This document shows, piece by piece, positions 48,901-59,699 of a stretch of DNA of 64,000 nt; within the stretch, counting starts at the first letter, position 1, and the number at the start of each line of letters is the position of its first letter. The notes below the pieces were generated by a model. It was not told the origin of the DNA. It did not search any database and saw only the letters and a list, made by a program, of their open reading frames with translations. Source of the stretch: Octopus bimaculoides (taxonomy: Eukaryota). The translations under genes and the position numbers were made by a program. The stretch is from NCBI RefSeq assembly GCF_001194135.2, contig NC_068983.1, positions 167,401,118 through 167,465,117 of the forward strand, read 5' to 3'.

Positions 48901-51900
48901 GGCCATTTATAGTTGCAGTGGAGACAGTCCAGAGGGACTTTCTCTTGCTGCATGCAGCAGCACCATCTTAGATGAGAACAATTCATAATTGTGGACTTCA
49001 CCTGAGCTTTATAGTGTCACTAATTGTTGAGGGTTGGAATATTTTATGGCCCTTATCTTCAGAACCAATCTTAGATATTTGAAGGATGTGTTTTTTCCAA
49101 TTAGAGATACTTTTTGTGTGATCTGCAGTTCACCACTCTGTAAATTTATGGTCAAAAACGTGAACAATGCTACTGCACAGTTCAATTACGGAATGTATGA
49201 TCAGAATTTTAAAAAAAAACAGCTTGGCATTGCCCGGCCCTTGTGCTGGTGGCACGTAAAAAGCACTCACTACACTCTTGGAGTGGTTGGCGTTAGGAAG
49301 GGCATCCAGCTGTAGAAACTTTGCCAGATCAGATTGGAGCCTGGTGCAGCCATTTGGTTTGCCAGTCCTCAGTCAAACCATCCAACCCATGGAATATGGA
49401 TGTTAAACGATGATGGTGATTATGAGATCTGCCTGAACAAAGATGAAAATTAACAAAAGACTGTCTACTGCCATCTGGAGTGTTGATGAATGAGGGTGAC
49501 GAGATGTGAAATTTGTTTTATATCTATTTTAGTAGTTGCTGTATCGTTGTACTTTTTGTTGTTGTTTTTTTTCTTTAGGTATGCTTCCTCATAAAATTAA
49601 GCGTGGAAAAGATGCTCTTGGCCGACTGAAGGCATTCGAGGGTATCCCTCCTCAATACAACAAAAAGAAGCGAATGATTGTTCCAGCAGCTCTCCGAATC
49701 ATTCGTTTAAAACCTGGCCGAAAGGTAAATATAGAATGTTTTGTTGTTGGTCAGATCAGCCTCTTGCAGTTTCTCCTCTGCATTCAACATTGTCATCACT
49801 CAAGTTAGGATTGACGACCCTTTGGACACAAGCAAATCTTTAGAATAACAGCAAGAGACTGACTTGGCTAAAATTAATCTGTTCTATGGTATTCAGTACT
49901 CTATCTTTTGGCAGTCAACACTACACATTTACTCTTTTCTGTCATTTGACTGTGGCCATGCTGGAACACTGCCTTTAGCTTAACAAATCAACCCCAGGAC
50001 TTATTCTTTGTAAGCCTAGTACTTATTCTGTTAGTTTCTTTTGTCAAACTTCTAAGTTACAGAGGCGTAAGCACACCAACATCGGTTGTCAGGTGATGGT
50101 GGGACAACAAACACAGACGCACAAATACATATATACATATATATATATATATACACACACATACATACGATGGGCTTCTTTCAGTTTCTGTCTATCAAAT
50201 CCACTCGCAAGGCTTTGGTTGGCCTGTGGCTTTAGTAGACGACACTTGACCAAGGTGCCACACTGGGACCATGTAGTTGGGAAGCAAGCTTTGTGTATGG
50301 TTTAAAATACAGAAATTGTTCAGTGAATTGTTGATTTGCATTCATTAAGTTTTGTTTAATTCTGTTTGTAATGAAATCTTGATATGAGACTTAACAGATG
50401 TATTTTAATGATTTCCTTTTTCAAAATTAATATTTTCTAAAAAAAAAAAAAAAAACCTGCTTTTAATGTAGCATTACTTTTAAACCTTTTGTTACAAACG
50501 TTCTACGGAGGTCCAAGGATTTTGTTTCAATCAATTTTGTAGACCATAAGATAGTGTAAAATTTTGATGGAGGGTTCACGATCATTTTTAAAATGGAAAT
50601 TTCTATATTATAGAACCTGAGGCAATTTCAAGTGGATTTAGTATCAGAAGGGTCAATTGCTTTTTCACAATTGATCCACTGTTATGATCTCAGTATATCA
50701 GCTGTGTTAATGATGACTTTAATTACCTACATTGCTTGAGTTTTTGTCTGAGAATTAACTAAATCTGACAACTCGGCTGATTTACAGGTGTTCTTATGGA
50801 CTTCATCCCTTTTTCTGTGTTCGTATTTCCATTTACTCTTGGTCTCGTTTTGATCATTGTCAGGACTCTTGACATGGGCAATGTCTTGGTTTCTAAGAGT
50901 ATTTGTCCACTGATTACATGTTTGGGGTTTACGGTCTCAGTAGTCACATTACAGTTTGTACAAAATTTACTTTGCTTTTTCAAATTAATTTATTTTGAAC
51001 CCTTTTAATACCAGCCTGTCTGAATCGTATGAATTCCCGTGTGTAGAACACAAATTTGCAAACATTTTCTGCCAGTTCCAAAATAAAAAGTTGAAGGATT
51101 ATATGGGGTGCTTGAACCAGAATTCTGTTATGTTTAGTTGTGTCACTTGTCTTGATGTCCCGTGATGCTTGTGGGCAACTGTTGCTCTCAGATTTCCTGT
51201 CTTCCCTGGAAAACGGTTGGCCCTGGTGAAATTTTCCCTTGCTTGGAAACCAGTAAGAGCTTATGAAAAGAAGGGCGTTTGGTTGTAGATCTACCTTAAC
51301 AAGTTCCGTCTAACTCATGCAATCATGGGAACGTGGATATTTCTTAGTAACAGCATTACCATCATCTTCATTTCATGTACATGTTGCTGGACTGAAATAA
51401 TTTGATCCTTCTTTCTAATTACATTTTGTAATGACAATCAATAATTTCGTCTTATTAATAAGACCAATGAGAGCAAGTTAACGACGAAGTACTGAGTTAG
51501 CTCCCCTACCATTTCATTCGCTGCTGCTTTTCTCCCTTTAGATGCAGCACATTGCATATTTCATAAGTTGGTCTCGATTGTATCAGCTGTGTTAATGATG
51601 ACTTTAACTTACCTACATTGCTTGATTTTTCTATGAGAATTAATCAGAATCTGATAACTCAGCTAATTTACAAGAGCTGCTCTGTATTGGCAGGTTTTTA
51701 CTCTGAAACAGTTTAATCTCAACTTTTTGACTGATTTTTCCTGTTTGAAGTGTTTGGCATAATCCCTTCTGAATTTAGCTTGTGACAATGCAATAATTAG
51801 GATGTCTTATGAGAATTTAAAATGTTGTGTGAGTGAGTAACTACAAAACATGGTTAATATCAGCCTGGGGTTATAAATTGTGATGATTATTCATGTTCTT

Positions 51901-53091
51901 GGTTTTCTTTGTTAAAATTATTGTCAGTCACTAAACATCTCCGTTTAATGATAACTTTTGATGCTTTTACCAAATATAAAGAGAATCTTGAATTGGTTTC
52001 TTAACCCTTTTGTTACCATATTTCTGTTGGATGCGTTTGTTTCAATTACATTTGAAAAAGAATGTAGTAAACTTGCAACGTAAATTAACATTTTTTGAGT
52101 TTTTTTTTAGCACAAAGTTTGTATCTTGGATTTGATTTGTAAATGTGTTCTTTGGGGATAACTTTGCAAGAAGTTCTTGAATAAATTACGTAATATTTAT
52201 TGCTCTATAAAAATATTAGTTGCTTGGGAGCAGGAAAGGCATTTGGCTGTTGAGAATCTACTTTCAGTGAATTTTGTCTGACTTGCATATATGGATGAAT
52301 AATTGGTAAAAACCCCATTCCTAATGTACACCAACGATCATGATGTCCTATCACCAAGTTTCATCCAAATTCTTATCTGCAGACTATTTTAGAATGTTCA
52401 TCTGTTTTTTTTTGTTTTTTTTTCCTTCATATTTAAGCAGTAATGGTTCTGCTCAACTTTATTATTTATACTTGATTTGTTTTATTAAAAGTCTCACTAA
52501 TCTTTTGTTTCCTGTACATTGTTGTATAGATGGATTCCCCTTTCTGGTGGAGTTAGCTGTGTCGATGATGATTATAACATTTACCTACATTGTTTGATGA
52601 TTGATGTAAAGAAACCAAACACTGATGACTCAGCTGATTCTGTTCTTGTCGCAGTTTCCTCTCTTGCCATCCTATTGTTACTGTTTACTGCAAATATCCA
52701 AATGTTAACCAATGTCACATCTTGGTTACTTTTGTTTGTTTATTTTTACATGTAATTATTAAATCTGAACATTTTGAAAATTCTTCTGTTTCAGTACTGC
52801 GATTTGAATCGATTGGCACATGAAGTTGGCTGGAAATACCAACCTGTCATTGCCAGTTTAGAAGCTAAAAGAAAGGCTAAATCTAGCATCTTTGTTGGAA
52901 AAGCAAGATCTGATGCAGTAAGTTTTTCATTTCTTAATATTATTTTTGTTCCAAACTTTTTTGTGTTATTGGTCTAATCTTTTTCTTTTTGTTTTCTTCA
53001 TTTACAGGCCTTGAAGAGAAAAGCTAAAGAGACTGTGAGCAAAAAGATTCGAAATTATGAGAAAGTAATCAAACGTTATGGTTACAGATAG
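42889..53091 (+). CDS. RPL13A: 60S ribosomal protein L13a (uL13), 7 exons, 203 aa
   Basis: Exons 42889-42906, 43750-43822, 44242-44307, 45482-45583, 49579-49724, 52795-52917, 53008-53091 = 612 nt, all GT-AG. Translation [101 protein letters not shown] at 53112-53117. Confidence 0.98.
43750..43822 (+). CDS. RPL13A: RPL13A exon 2
   Basis: [24 protein letters not shown]; cag/GTGAGT; 73 nt. Confidence 0.97.
44242..44307 (+). CDS. RPL13A: RPL13A exon 3
   Basis: [22 protein letters not shown]; tag/GTAAGT; 66 nt. Confidence 0.97.
45482..45583 (+). CDS. RPL13A: RPL13A exon 4
   Basis: [33 protein letters not shown]; cag/GTAAGA; 102 nt. Confidence 0.97.
45631..45718 (+). ncRNA. SNORD33: Box C/D snoRNA, SNORD33/U33-like copy 1 (variant guide)
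   Basis: C box GTGATGA 45643-45649; D box CTGA 45703-45706; guide TTCATGCACTTCCA-A before D; terminal stem GGCCTATTGTCT / AGACTATAAGGCC. Confidence 0.8.
47270..47356 (+). ncRNA. SNORD33: Box C/D snoRNA, SNORD33/U33 copy 2 (canonical guide for 18S, human Um1326)
   Basis: C box ATGATGA 47288-47294; D box CTGA 47341-47344; guide CATGCACTACCA 47328-47339, as I recall it from human U33, complementary to conserved 18S UGGUGGUGCAUG; stem TTTCGGCC / GGCCGAAA. Confidence 0.9.
48093..48188 (+). ncRNA. SNORD33: Box C/D snoRNA, SNORD33/U33-like copy 3 (variant guide)
   Basis: C box ATGATGA 48110-48116; D box CTGA 48169-48172; guide TTCATGCACTTCCA-C; stem GTTTTGGCCTG / CAGGCCTAAAAC. Confidence 0.8.
49579..49724 (+). 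CDS. RPL13A: RPL13A exon 5
   Basis: [49 protein letters not shown]; tag/GTAAAT; 146 nt. Confidence 0.97.
49930..50290 (-). mobile_element. tRNA-derived SINE in RPL13A intron 5
   Basis: Same family; internal (TA)n(CA)n. Confidence 0.85.
50697..50781 (+). ncRNA. SNORD34: Box C/D snoRNA, SNORD34/U34 copy a
   Basis: C box ATGATGA 50710-50716; guide TTACCTACATTG 50723-50734 + D' TTGA, complementary to 28S CAAUGUAGGUAA (human Um2824, yeast snR62 site); D box CTGA 50765-50768; stem ATCAGCT / GGCTGAT. Confidence 0.88.
51582..51667 (+). ncRNA. SNORD34: Box C/D snoRNA, SNORD34/U34 copy b
   Basis: C box 51595-51601; guide TTACCTACATTG 51609-51620, D' TTGA, C'-like ATGAGA; D box CTGA 51651-51654; closely similar to copy a including flanks. 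Confidence 0.88.
52551..52639 (+). ncRNA. SNORD34: Box C/D snoRNA, SNORD34/U34 copy c
   Basis: C box ATGATGA 52565-52571; guide TTACCTACATTGT 52581-52593 + TTGA (matches human U34 TACCTACATTGTTTGA as recalled); D box CTGA 52622-52625; stem AGTTAGCTG / CAGCTGATT. Confidence 0.9.
52795..52917 (+). CDS. RPL13A: RPL13A exon 6
   Basis: [30 protein letters not shown]..; cag/GTAAGT; 123 nt. Confidence 0.97.
53008..53091 (+). CDS. RPL13A: RPL13A exon 7
   Basis: [27 protein letters not shown]; tttacag acceptor. Confidence 0.95.
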   Translation, partial: ALKRKAKETVSKKIRNYEKVIKRYGYR

Positions 53092-53111
53092 ATTCATTGC
53101 ATGGAGAGTGT

Positions 53112-53117
53112 AATAAA
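53112..53117 (+). terminator. RPL13A: RPL13A polyadenylation signal AATAAA
   Basis: 20 nt after the stop codon, followed by a U/GU-rich stretch. Confidence 0.75.
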
Positions 53118-53429
53118 GTGATATTGGCTAAGATAAATTTTGTTTGATGTTTTTCATTATACAACCGAGTGGTCACTTTTGCAAGGTATTCTGCATACTT
53201 TAGCTCAGCATATATCAAATAAAATGAATACAAGCTATTTAATTACAGCATACAAAGAGTGACTGTTACCTTGTGTTCTCAGTTGGTGGATATCTTTGAA
53301 CGTCCATTTTTCCATTCTTGCATGGATCAGACAGTTTATGGGAGACATGCATAAATAACCTTTTGATCTGCAACACGAACTACACGCAGCCAGTCAGGTG
53401 TCTGTGCTAGCTAGATTGATTACATTCTC

Positions 53430-55880
53430 ACCAAACAGTGTGGTGCATAGTTGCTCCTAAATACAAGGACCCTCCCTGGTGAGCGATGTACCCCTCAGCA
53501 TAGATTAGTCATTAGTGACGTTAGACTCAAGGCCAGAAGGATGCCAAGACATAAACGAATCTGGAAAAGGATTTGGGAGCTTAAAGACTCTTCATATGGT
53601 CAGAGATTTAGGGACATCCTGAAAGGGGCGGGGAGCTATAAACTTGTGGCATGAAGGGCAACTGGGGATTCCTGAGGGACAGCTTGCTGAGTGCTACAGA
53701 CTAAATCTGGCTGGAAGTCCCATCCAAACCTAGGGTAATGTGAAAGAATGATGTAGACAGGGCCATTAGAGCTAAGAAACAGTCCTGGAAGAATGGGGGT
53801 AGCAGGGCACGGGTATAGCTAGCCGAGCGAGAAGCAGAAAAGAAGTATAATTCTGTTTGGCATTTGGATTGCAAGAGACAGTGTGAGAGAGAAAACTGTG
53901 ATGCCTTAGGAGAGAATTGTGTCTGCATGGATGATGGTGCACTTGCATTTAATGATTCTGCAAAGAAAGAGGCTTGGAGATGCCATTGTGAAAGACTGCT
54001 GAATGTAGAGAATGAATGGGAGGAGGAGAGTCTGCCAAAGGTTGACCCAATTGAGAGACCAGCTACATAAATTGACAGTAACTTGGTAGATAAAGCAATT
54101 AAGGACATGAAGATAGGGAAAGCCCATGGCCCATCAGGAATCACCACTGAAATGCTTAAAATATCTGCTAGTGTGGGTTATGGTTTAGTCACTTGTATTG
54201 TAAATCAGGTGGTTCATGGAGTCATACCCTATGACTGATGTAGCAGCACCATAGTCAACTGCTACAAAGGTAAAGGTGATGCCTTAGAAATAGAGGTATC
54301 AGATTGCTGGGACAGGTGATGAAAGTCACGGAGAGGGTCATAGCTCAACTAATTAGGGAGAGCTTAGATGAAATACTGTTTGGTTTTGTACCTGGGAGAA
54401 GCACCACTGATGCTATATTTCTGCCAAGACAGCTACAGGAGAATTACATAGCCAAAGATAAACCTCTGTACTTGGCCTTTCTTGACTTGGAGAAGGCCTT
54501 TGACAGGGTCTCCTGATCCCTTATCTGGTGGTCAGTGTGGTAGCAAGGGCTAGACAAGTGGTTGGGAAGAACTTTACAAGCTATGTACAGGGGTGCTACC
54601 AGTAAGATGAGGGTTTGTAATTAGTAAAGCAAAGAATTCAGGGTACAAGTTGTGGTTCACCAAGGATCAGTGCTCAGCCCGCCTCTTGTTCATGGTCCTC
54701 CAGGCAACAACACTAGAAGTTCCAGGTATGGAAGCAAGGTCTAGAATTAAAGAGCCTTAGAGTTAACCTACCAGTCATAGTAAGTAGAAAGGCAGACAGA
54801 TCACAAACCCCTTCAGGTAGATGGCCCTATGCACCATGTAGAAAAGGTGTAGGCAGAAACTCCATAAGATGCACCCATTGTAATCTTTGGACACAAGGTG
54901 CAGCAATGTCAGAAACTAGCTTTAGTATGCAGAAGATGCACAGGTGGAAATGGGCAGAAAATAGATTCAGTTGACTGCCGGGGTAGGGGGAGGGGCAAGC
55001 TAGAGGTAGTAGATAGCTTCTGTTGTCTAGGTGACCAGGTTAGTAGTGGAGGCGGATTCTGTGAGTAAAGATTAGGATGGACAAAGTTCAGAGAGCTCTT
55101 ACCCCTGCTGGCAACAAAGGCCTCTCTCACAGTGAAAGGCAGATGATATGATGCCTGTGTGCCAACAGCTATGCTGCATGGCAGTGAACCTTGGGTTGTG
55201 ACAGCCGAACATGTGTAGGCTTGAATGAAATGAAGCCAATGTGCTTCACTGGATGTGCAACAGTGTAAGCATCTTGAGAGAAAAGTTAGGCCTAAAAGGA
55301 ATCAGATGTGTGCAAGAGGTAACTGCACTGGTATGGTCATGTGATGGACGAGGACAGGTGTGCAAAGAAGTGCCAATCTCTACTGTGGTAGAGGTAGACC
55401 CGGGAAGACGTGGAACAAGGTGGTGAAGCATGATCTTCAAAATTTGAGCCTCACAAATGCAATGACTTGCTGATGTGCTGTTCTTGAGAAGACCTGTCAA
55501 GCCAAGTTCACCCATGCTAGTGATGTGTAAAGAACACTTTGAATGTTGGCCTCATGGAGGCAAAGTGGCTGAGTTCCTTTCGAGTGTTGAGCCTCATGAA
55601 GGCAATGACCGAGACCTTTGGCATTATGTCATGCTTGAGAAGAAGGCACATCAAGCCGAGCAAAATCACAGTCGTGGCAGATACTGGTGTTGCGTAAAAG
55701 CACCCCAGTGTTACACAAATGGCACCCTTGCTGGTGGCATATAAATGCACCCATTGCACTCGAAGTGGTTGACATTAAGAAGGGCATCCAGCCATAGAAA
55801 CCATGCCGGAGCGGACACCAGTCTAGTGCAGCCCAAGTCGAACCCCTTCTTGCATGGACAACTGATGTTAAATGCTGATG
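53430..55880 (+). mobile_element. RTE-clade LINE, 5'-truncated and decayed (endonuclease end, RT, PHD-like insert, 3' tail)
   Basis: PQHRLVISD; KEAWRCHCERLLNVENEW; GKAHGPSGITTEMLK; FGFVPGRSTTDAIF..LYLAFLDLEKAFDRV; HQGSVLSP-like segment; C-terminal GRPxKTW-like motif; many stops. Confidence 0.92.
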
Positions 55881-56332
55881 AATGACACTGCTTTTATGAT
55901 GGATCACAATGCTATGCCAAGTAGACTTGTGCTCTTGGCTTCTTCTAATTTCCATTCACCCACAAGGCTTAATTGAGCCAGTTTAGGGCTGTAGGTGAAG
56001 CCCAACATGCTATGCATTAATCTCAAAACCACATGGTTTGGGGTCTCTTTAATACCTCTTTCCAGAATTGTAGTAATATCCTAAAGTCCCATTTGTTCAC
56101 TCTTGCTCTTATTGCCATGTTTTACTCCTCAAAGTATAACTGGTACATTCACTGGGTCTATGGGGTTAATGTGTCTTCTGAAATGAGTTGCGATGGGCAG
56201 AGGAGACAAACTTACTGACCTTTTACATATCCAGTAGAATTTTTCATGGAAGTATATTTGTTTCATGTTCTTTGTGGTCTGCTGCTGAAATTCCAGCCTT
56301 GACAAGATTCTGTCATTACAATATGGAAGGTA

Positions 56333-57560
56333 TCAGGCTGAATAAAAAGTAAGCAACGTTTTGAAACGGGAAATTCATCACAATATATTTTAACAAAGTG
56401 GAAATTTTATTTATCAAAGTAAGTACCATTAGAATCAATACATTACAAGTTACAAGTTTGTTTATTCCGGTAACATTAAAATCTGGGGTTCTGGAGTTGA
56501 TGAACTCTTTGACTACACTTTCAGCATCGGTTTGATTTTTGAACTTCTTATCTCGAAGGAAACCATCAAGGTGCTTGAAAAAGTGGTAGTCGGTAAGAGA
56601 AAGGTCTGGGGAATAAGCAGGATGGGGAAGAACTTTGTATCCAAGTTCCCTCAATTTCTGGAAGGTCATTAGTGAAATGTGTAATCGAACATTGTCATGA
56701 AAAATGATTGACCCTCTTCTGTTGACCAGTCTGGGATGGAGGAGTAGCAGTTTTTCATTGATTTTGGCAATTTCATAATATGCTTCTGTAGTAATGGTTT
56801 TTCCGGGTTTTAAGAAATTATAGGGGATGAGTCCAACTGTGCACCACCGGTCACCATAACCTTCCTTTTGATGAGTTCGGGTTTAGGGAAGGTTTTCGGT
56901 GCNNNNNNNNNNCCAACCACTGCGAAGTTACAATATGGTCGAGAAATAGATGGGTCTGGTTACGAAGAAGAAGCGACGAGCAACTTTCATATCTGCGCAT
57001 TTTCTGATTTTCATTCAAATCGTGTGGTACCCATTTGTCGAACTTTTTTGATTTCCCAATCTCATGCAAATGGTTGCAGACAATTTTCTGGCTAATTTGA
57101 AGTTCTTTTGCCAGTTCTCGAGTGGTTTTTACGTGGATCTTTCTCAATGACAGTCTTTAATCGACCGTCATTGATGACAGATGGGGGTCCTCTATGCTCA
57201 CGATCTTCAAGCCTCAGGTCTCCCCACTTCAAAATTATTTAAACCATTTTCGAGCTGACCACTCACTGGTCATTTCCTAACCAAATGTTTCGTTGATATC
57301 GCGAGCAGTTTCAGCTGCTTTACGTCCTTTTTTGAAGTTGAATAGCGAAATTGCTCAAATATTGCGCTTTGACTATTTCATTTCAGATGACTGTAACAAC
57401 GGTGAAAAAAAATATCAATATTTATTGATGCATTTGGGCAAATCTATGTCTGTATTATCAGATAATTGCAAAAAATTGTTTATAAAAATTCAAAACTCTG
57501 CAAAAATCCGTTTCAAATTTTTCATGATTCAAAACGTTACTTAATTTTTATTCAACCTCA
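56333..57560 (-). mobile_element. Complete but decayed mariner (Tc1/mariner, D34D type) DNA transposon
   Basis: TIRs TCAGGCTGAATAAAAAGTAAGCAACGTTTTGAA and (reverse complement) TGAGGTTGAATAAAAATTAAGTAACGTTTTGAA, each flanked by TA; 1228 bp; transposase fragments KWVPHDLNENQK and LPHPAYSPDLSLTDYHFFKHL; frameshifted, with a 10-N gap. Confidence 0.93.
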
Positions 57561-57844
57561 TAGTTGAACAATGGTCAAGCAAGTCTGATGGGAAACTTTT
57601 CTAAGTTCTCTTCGAAAAGTTATGCTTGCTATTCAATAGCTTTGGTAATTGACTTGTTCAATTCAAAAAGTCTGCACGTTACATTTGATGCAGATTTTTT
57701 TTTCTTTCTTGTTCACCGTGCAGCAGTTTCTTTTAAATAGTGTTGCTATACAAAGTTTAAGATTTGAAAAAGAGGCAGAATGTTACAGAAGAATCTCTGT
57801 GAGAAGATCCGGCAAGTTAAGTGAGACCATAATCCTGGCAGCCC

Positions 57845-58339
57845 AGTTATGCGTAACATTCCTTCATTGGACACTAAACTTGGCTTGTGAAGACCTGTTG
57901 AGGCAAGTGAAATCGAAATCGTGATGGCACCCATACCAGTGGAGCGCTAAGAGCATCATCTGAGTGTGATCGTTGTCAGAGCAGCTGTCTGGCTTCTGTG
58001 CCAGTGGCACGTAAATAGCATCATTTTAGTGTGATCGTTACCAGTGTCACCTTACTGGCACGTGAAGAAACATTTGAGAATGGTCGTTGTCAGTGCCGCT
58101 GGACTGGCATGTAAAAAACACCATTTTGAGCATGGCTGTTGCCAGTACCGCCTGACTAGCCTTTGTGCCAGTGGCACGTAAAAGCACCCACTACACTCTC
58201 AGAGTGGTTGGCGTTAGGAAGGGCATCCAGCTGTAGAAACTCTGCCAAATTTAGATTGGAGCCTGGTGTTGCCATCTGGTTTCACCAGTCCTCAGTCAAA
58301 TCGTCCAACCCATGCTAGCATGGAAAGCGGACGTTAAAC

Positions 58340-58378
<39 letters not shown>

Positions 58379-58379
58379 A
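57845..58379 (+). mobile_element. Young octopus-type SINE with internal TGGCACGTAAA repeats and RTE-shared tail
   Basis: Near-consensus tail GAGTGGTTGGCGTTAGGAAGGGCATCCAGCTGTAGAAAC..CCCATGCTAGCATGGAAAGCGGACGTTAAACG(ATG)n. Same family at 1-325, 16975-17260(-), 18230-18430, 39320-39460, 47430-47720(-), 48490-48605, 49230-49420. Confidence 0.85.
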
Positions 58380-59699
58380 TATGCAGATATATGTAAATAT
58401 AAGTGTGCAAGTTTGTATTTGTGTGTATGTATTNNNNNNNNNNNNNNNNNNNNNNNNNNNNNNNNNNNNNNNNNNNNNNNNNNNNNNNNNNNNNNNNNNN
58501 NNNNNNNNNNNNNNNNNNNNNNNNNNNNNNNNNNNNNNNNNNNNNNNNNNNNNNNNNNNNNNNNNNNNNNNNNNNNNNNNNNNTTTGAAACTAATAATCG
58601 ATTGATTGGTATATTGATTGCAGAATATAAAAGTAATTGAATGAAGAATTCCACGTTACAAATCTGACTAACAGAGTATCCGATAAGACTATTGTAATCT
58701 TTATAGGTTATTTATACAATGTGACAGATGCAACCTAAATTTGAAACTAATAATCGATTGATTGGTATATTGATTGCAGAATATAAAAGTAATTGAATGA
58801 AGAATTATATTCATATGATATTTTACACATCTACATATGTTTCAAATGATTTAATGATCTGCATTCACTACTCAGTCAATCAATTTATGGAACAGTCGTC
58901 TCCTGGCCCGTTCATGTTTGACTTTAAAAGTAACTGTTGAATTTTCTTCAGACAGACTTAGTGGAAGGGTGTAGCTGATAGTAGACATATTGGATTTCCT
59001 TTTATTATCTATCCACTATGGTGAGTTCATATTCCTGGGAGGCATCGGTGTAATCAAATGTTGGTGAATTTAATTCTGTGAGAAAAACTTTTAGAAATAA
59101 GAAATAATAAAGACTGTTTAATGATGATATTAATTTATCCATTTAAGGAGAAGAACAAAGTTAAAGCATCTAGGTTAGTTGAAGGCTTTACAGCCGGATA
59201 CCCTTCCTGGTGCTAACCTTTACATGTTTGTAAGTAGTGGTCTTTTTACTTCATACACCGTTAAAAGTGAAGAACTTGTACACGAAAAATATATTGAGGG
59301 GTACGCTTTGATGTGATACACTTTACCAGAACTCTTTGATTCAGATCTCATAAAATATTCCATTCTAAAATCACAGCACTTATGGACCAAGACTTAGATT
59401 GTTATGGAGGAGAGTCATTTAATGCTGCTGTTGCTTTCACTTTCACTTCTCTCCTCCGCCATGGCTTTTCTCTCTTCTCTCATCCACCAACCACCAGTTT
59501 ATTGAGTCTTCAATGTTAGTCCAATGCTGTCAATCATTTGTACCATTAAATCTTGCCTCTGCAGAACATCACTAATTTTCTTACATTTTTCTGTTTTATA
59601 ATTTTATCATCATTATTATTATTGTTGTTTTTATTATGTTTTCTTTATTAACCACAAAGGGTCCACAAAAAAAACAAACATTGTGGAGGGTACAATACA

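Noticed and set aside
49756-49861. Stem CAGCCTCTTGC / GCAAGAGACTG after RPL13A exon 5, possibly a snoRNA
   Set aside because: No C/D or H/ACA boxes on the transcribed strand; the minus-strand C and D boxes are only ~35 nt apart
58584-58806. Perfect 67-bp repeat at 156-bp period
   Set aside because: Starts at a gap edge; either a collapsed tandem repeat or an assembly artefact, and cannot be resolved here
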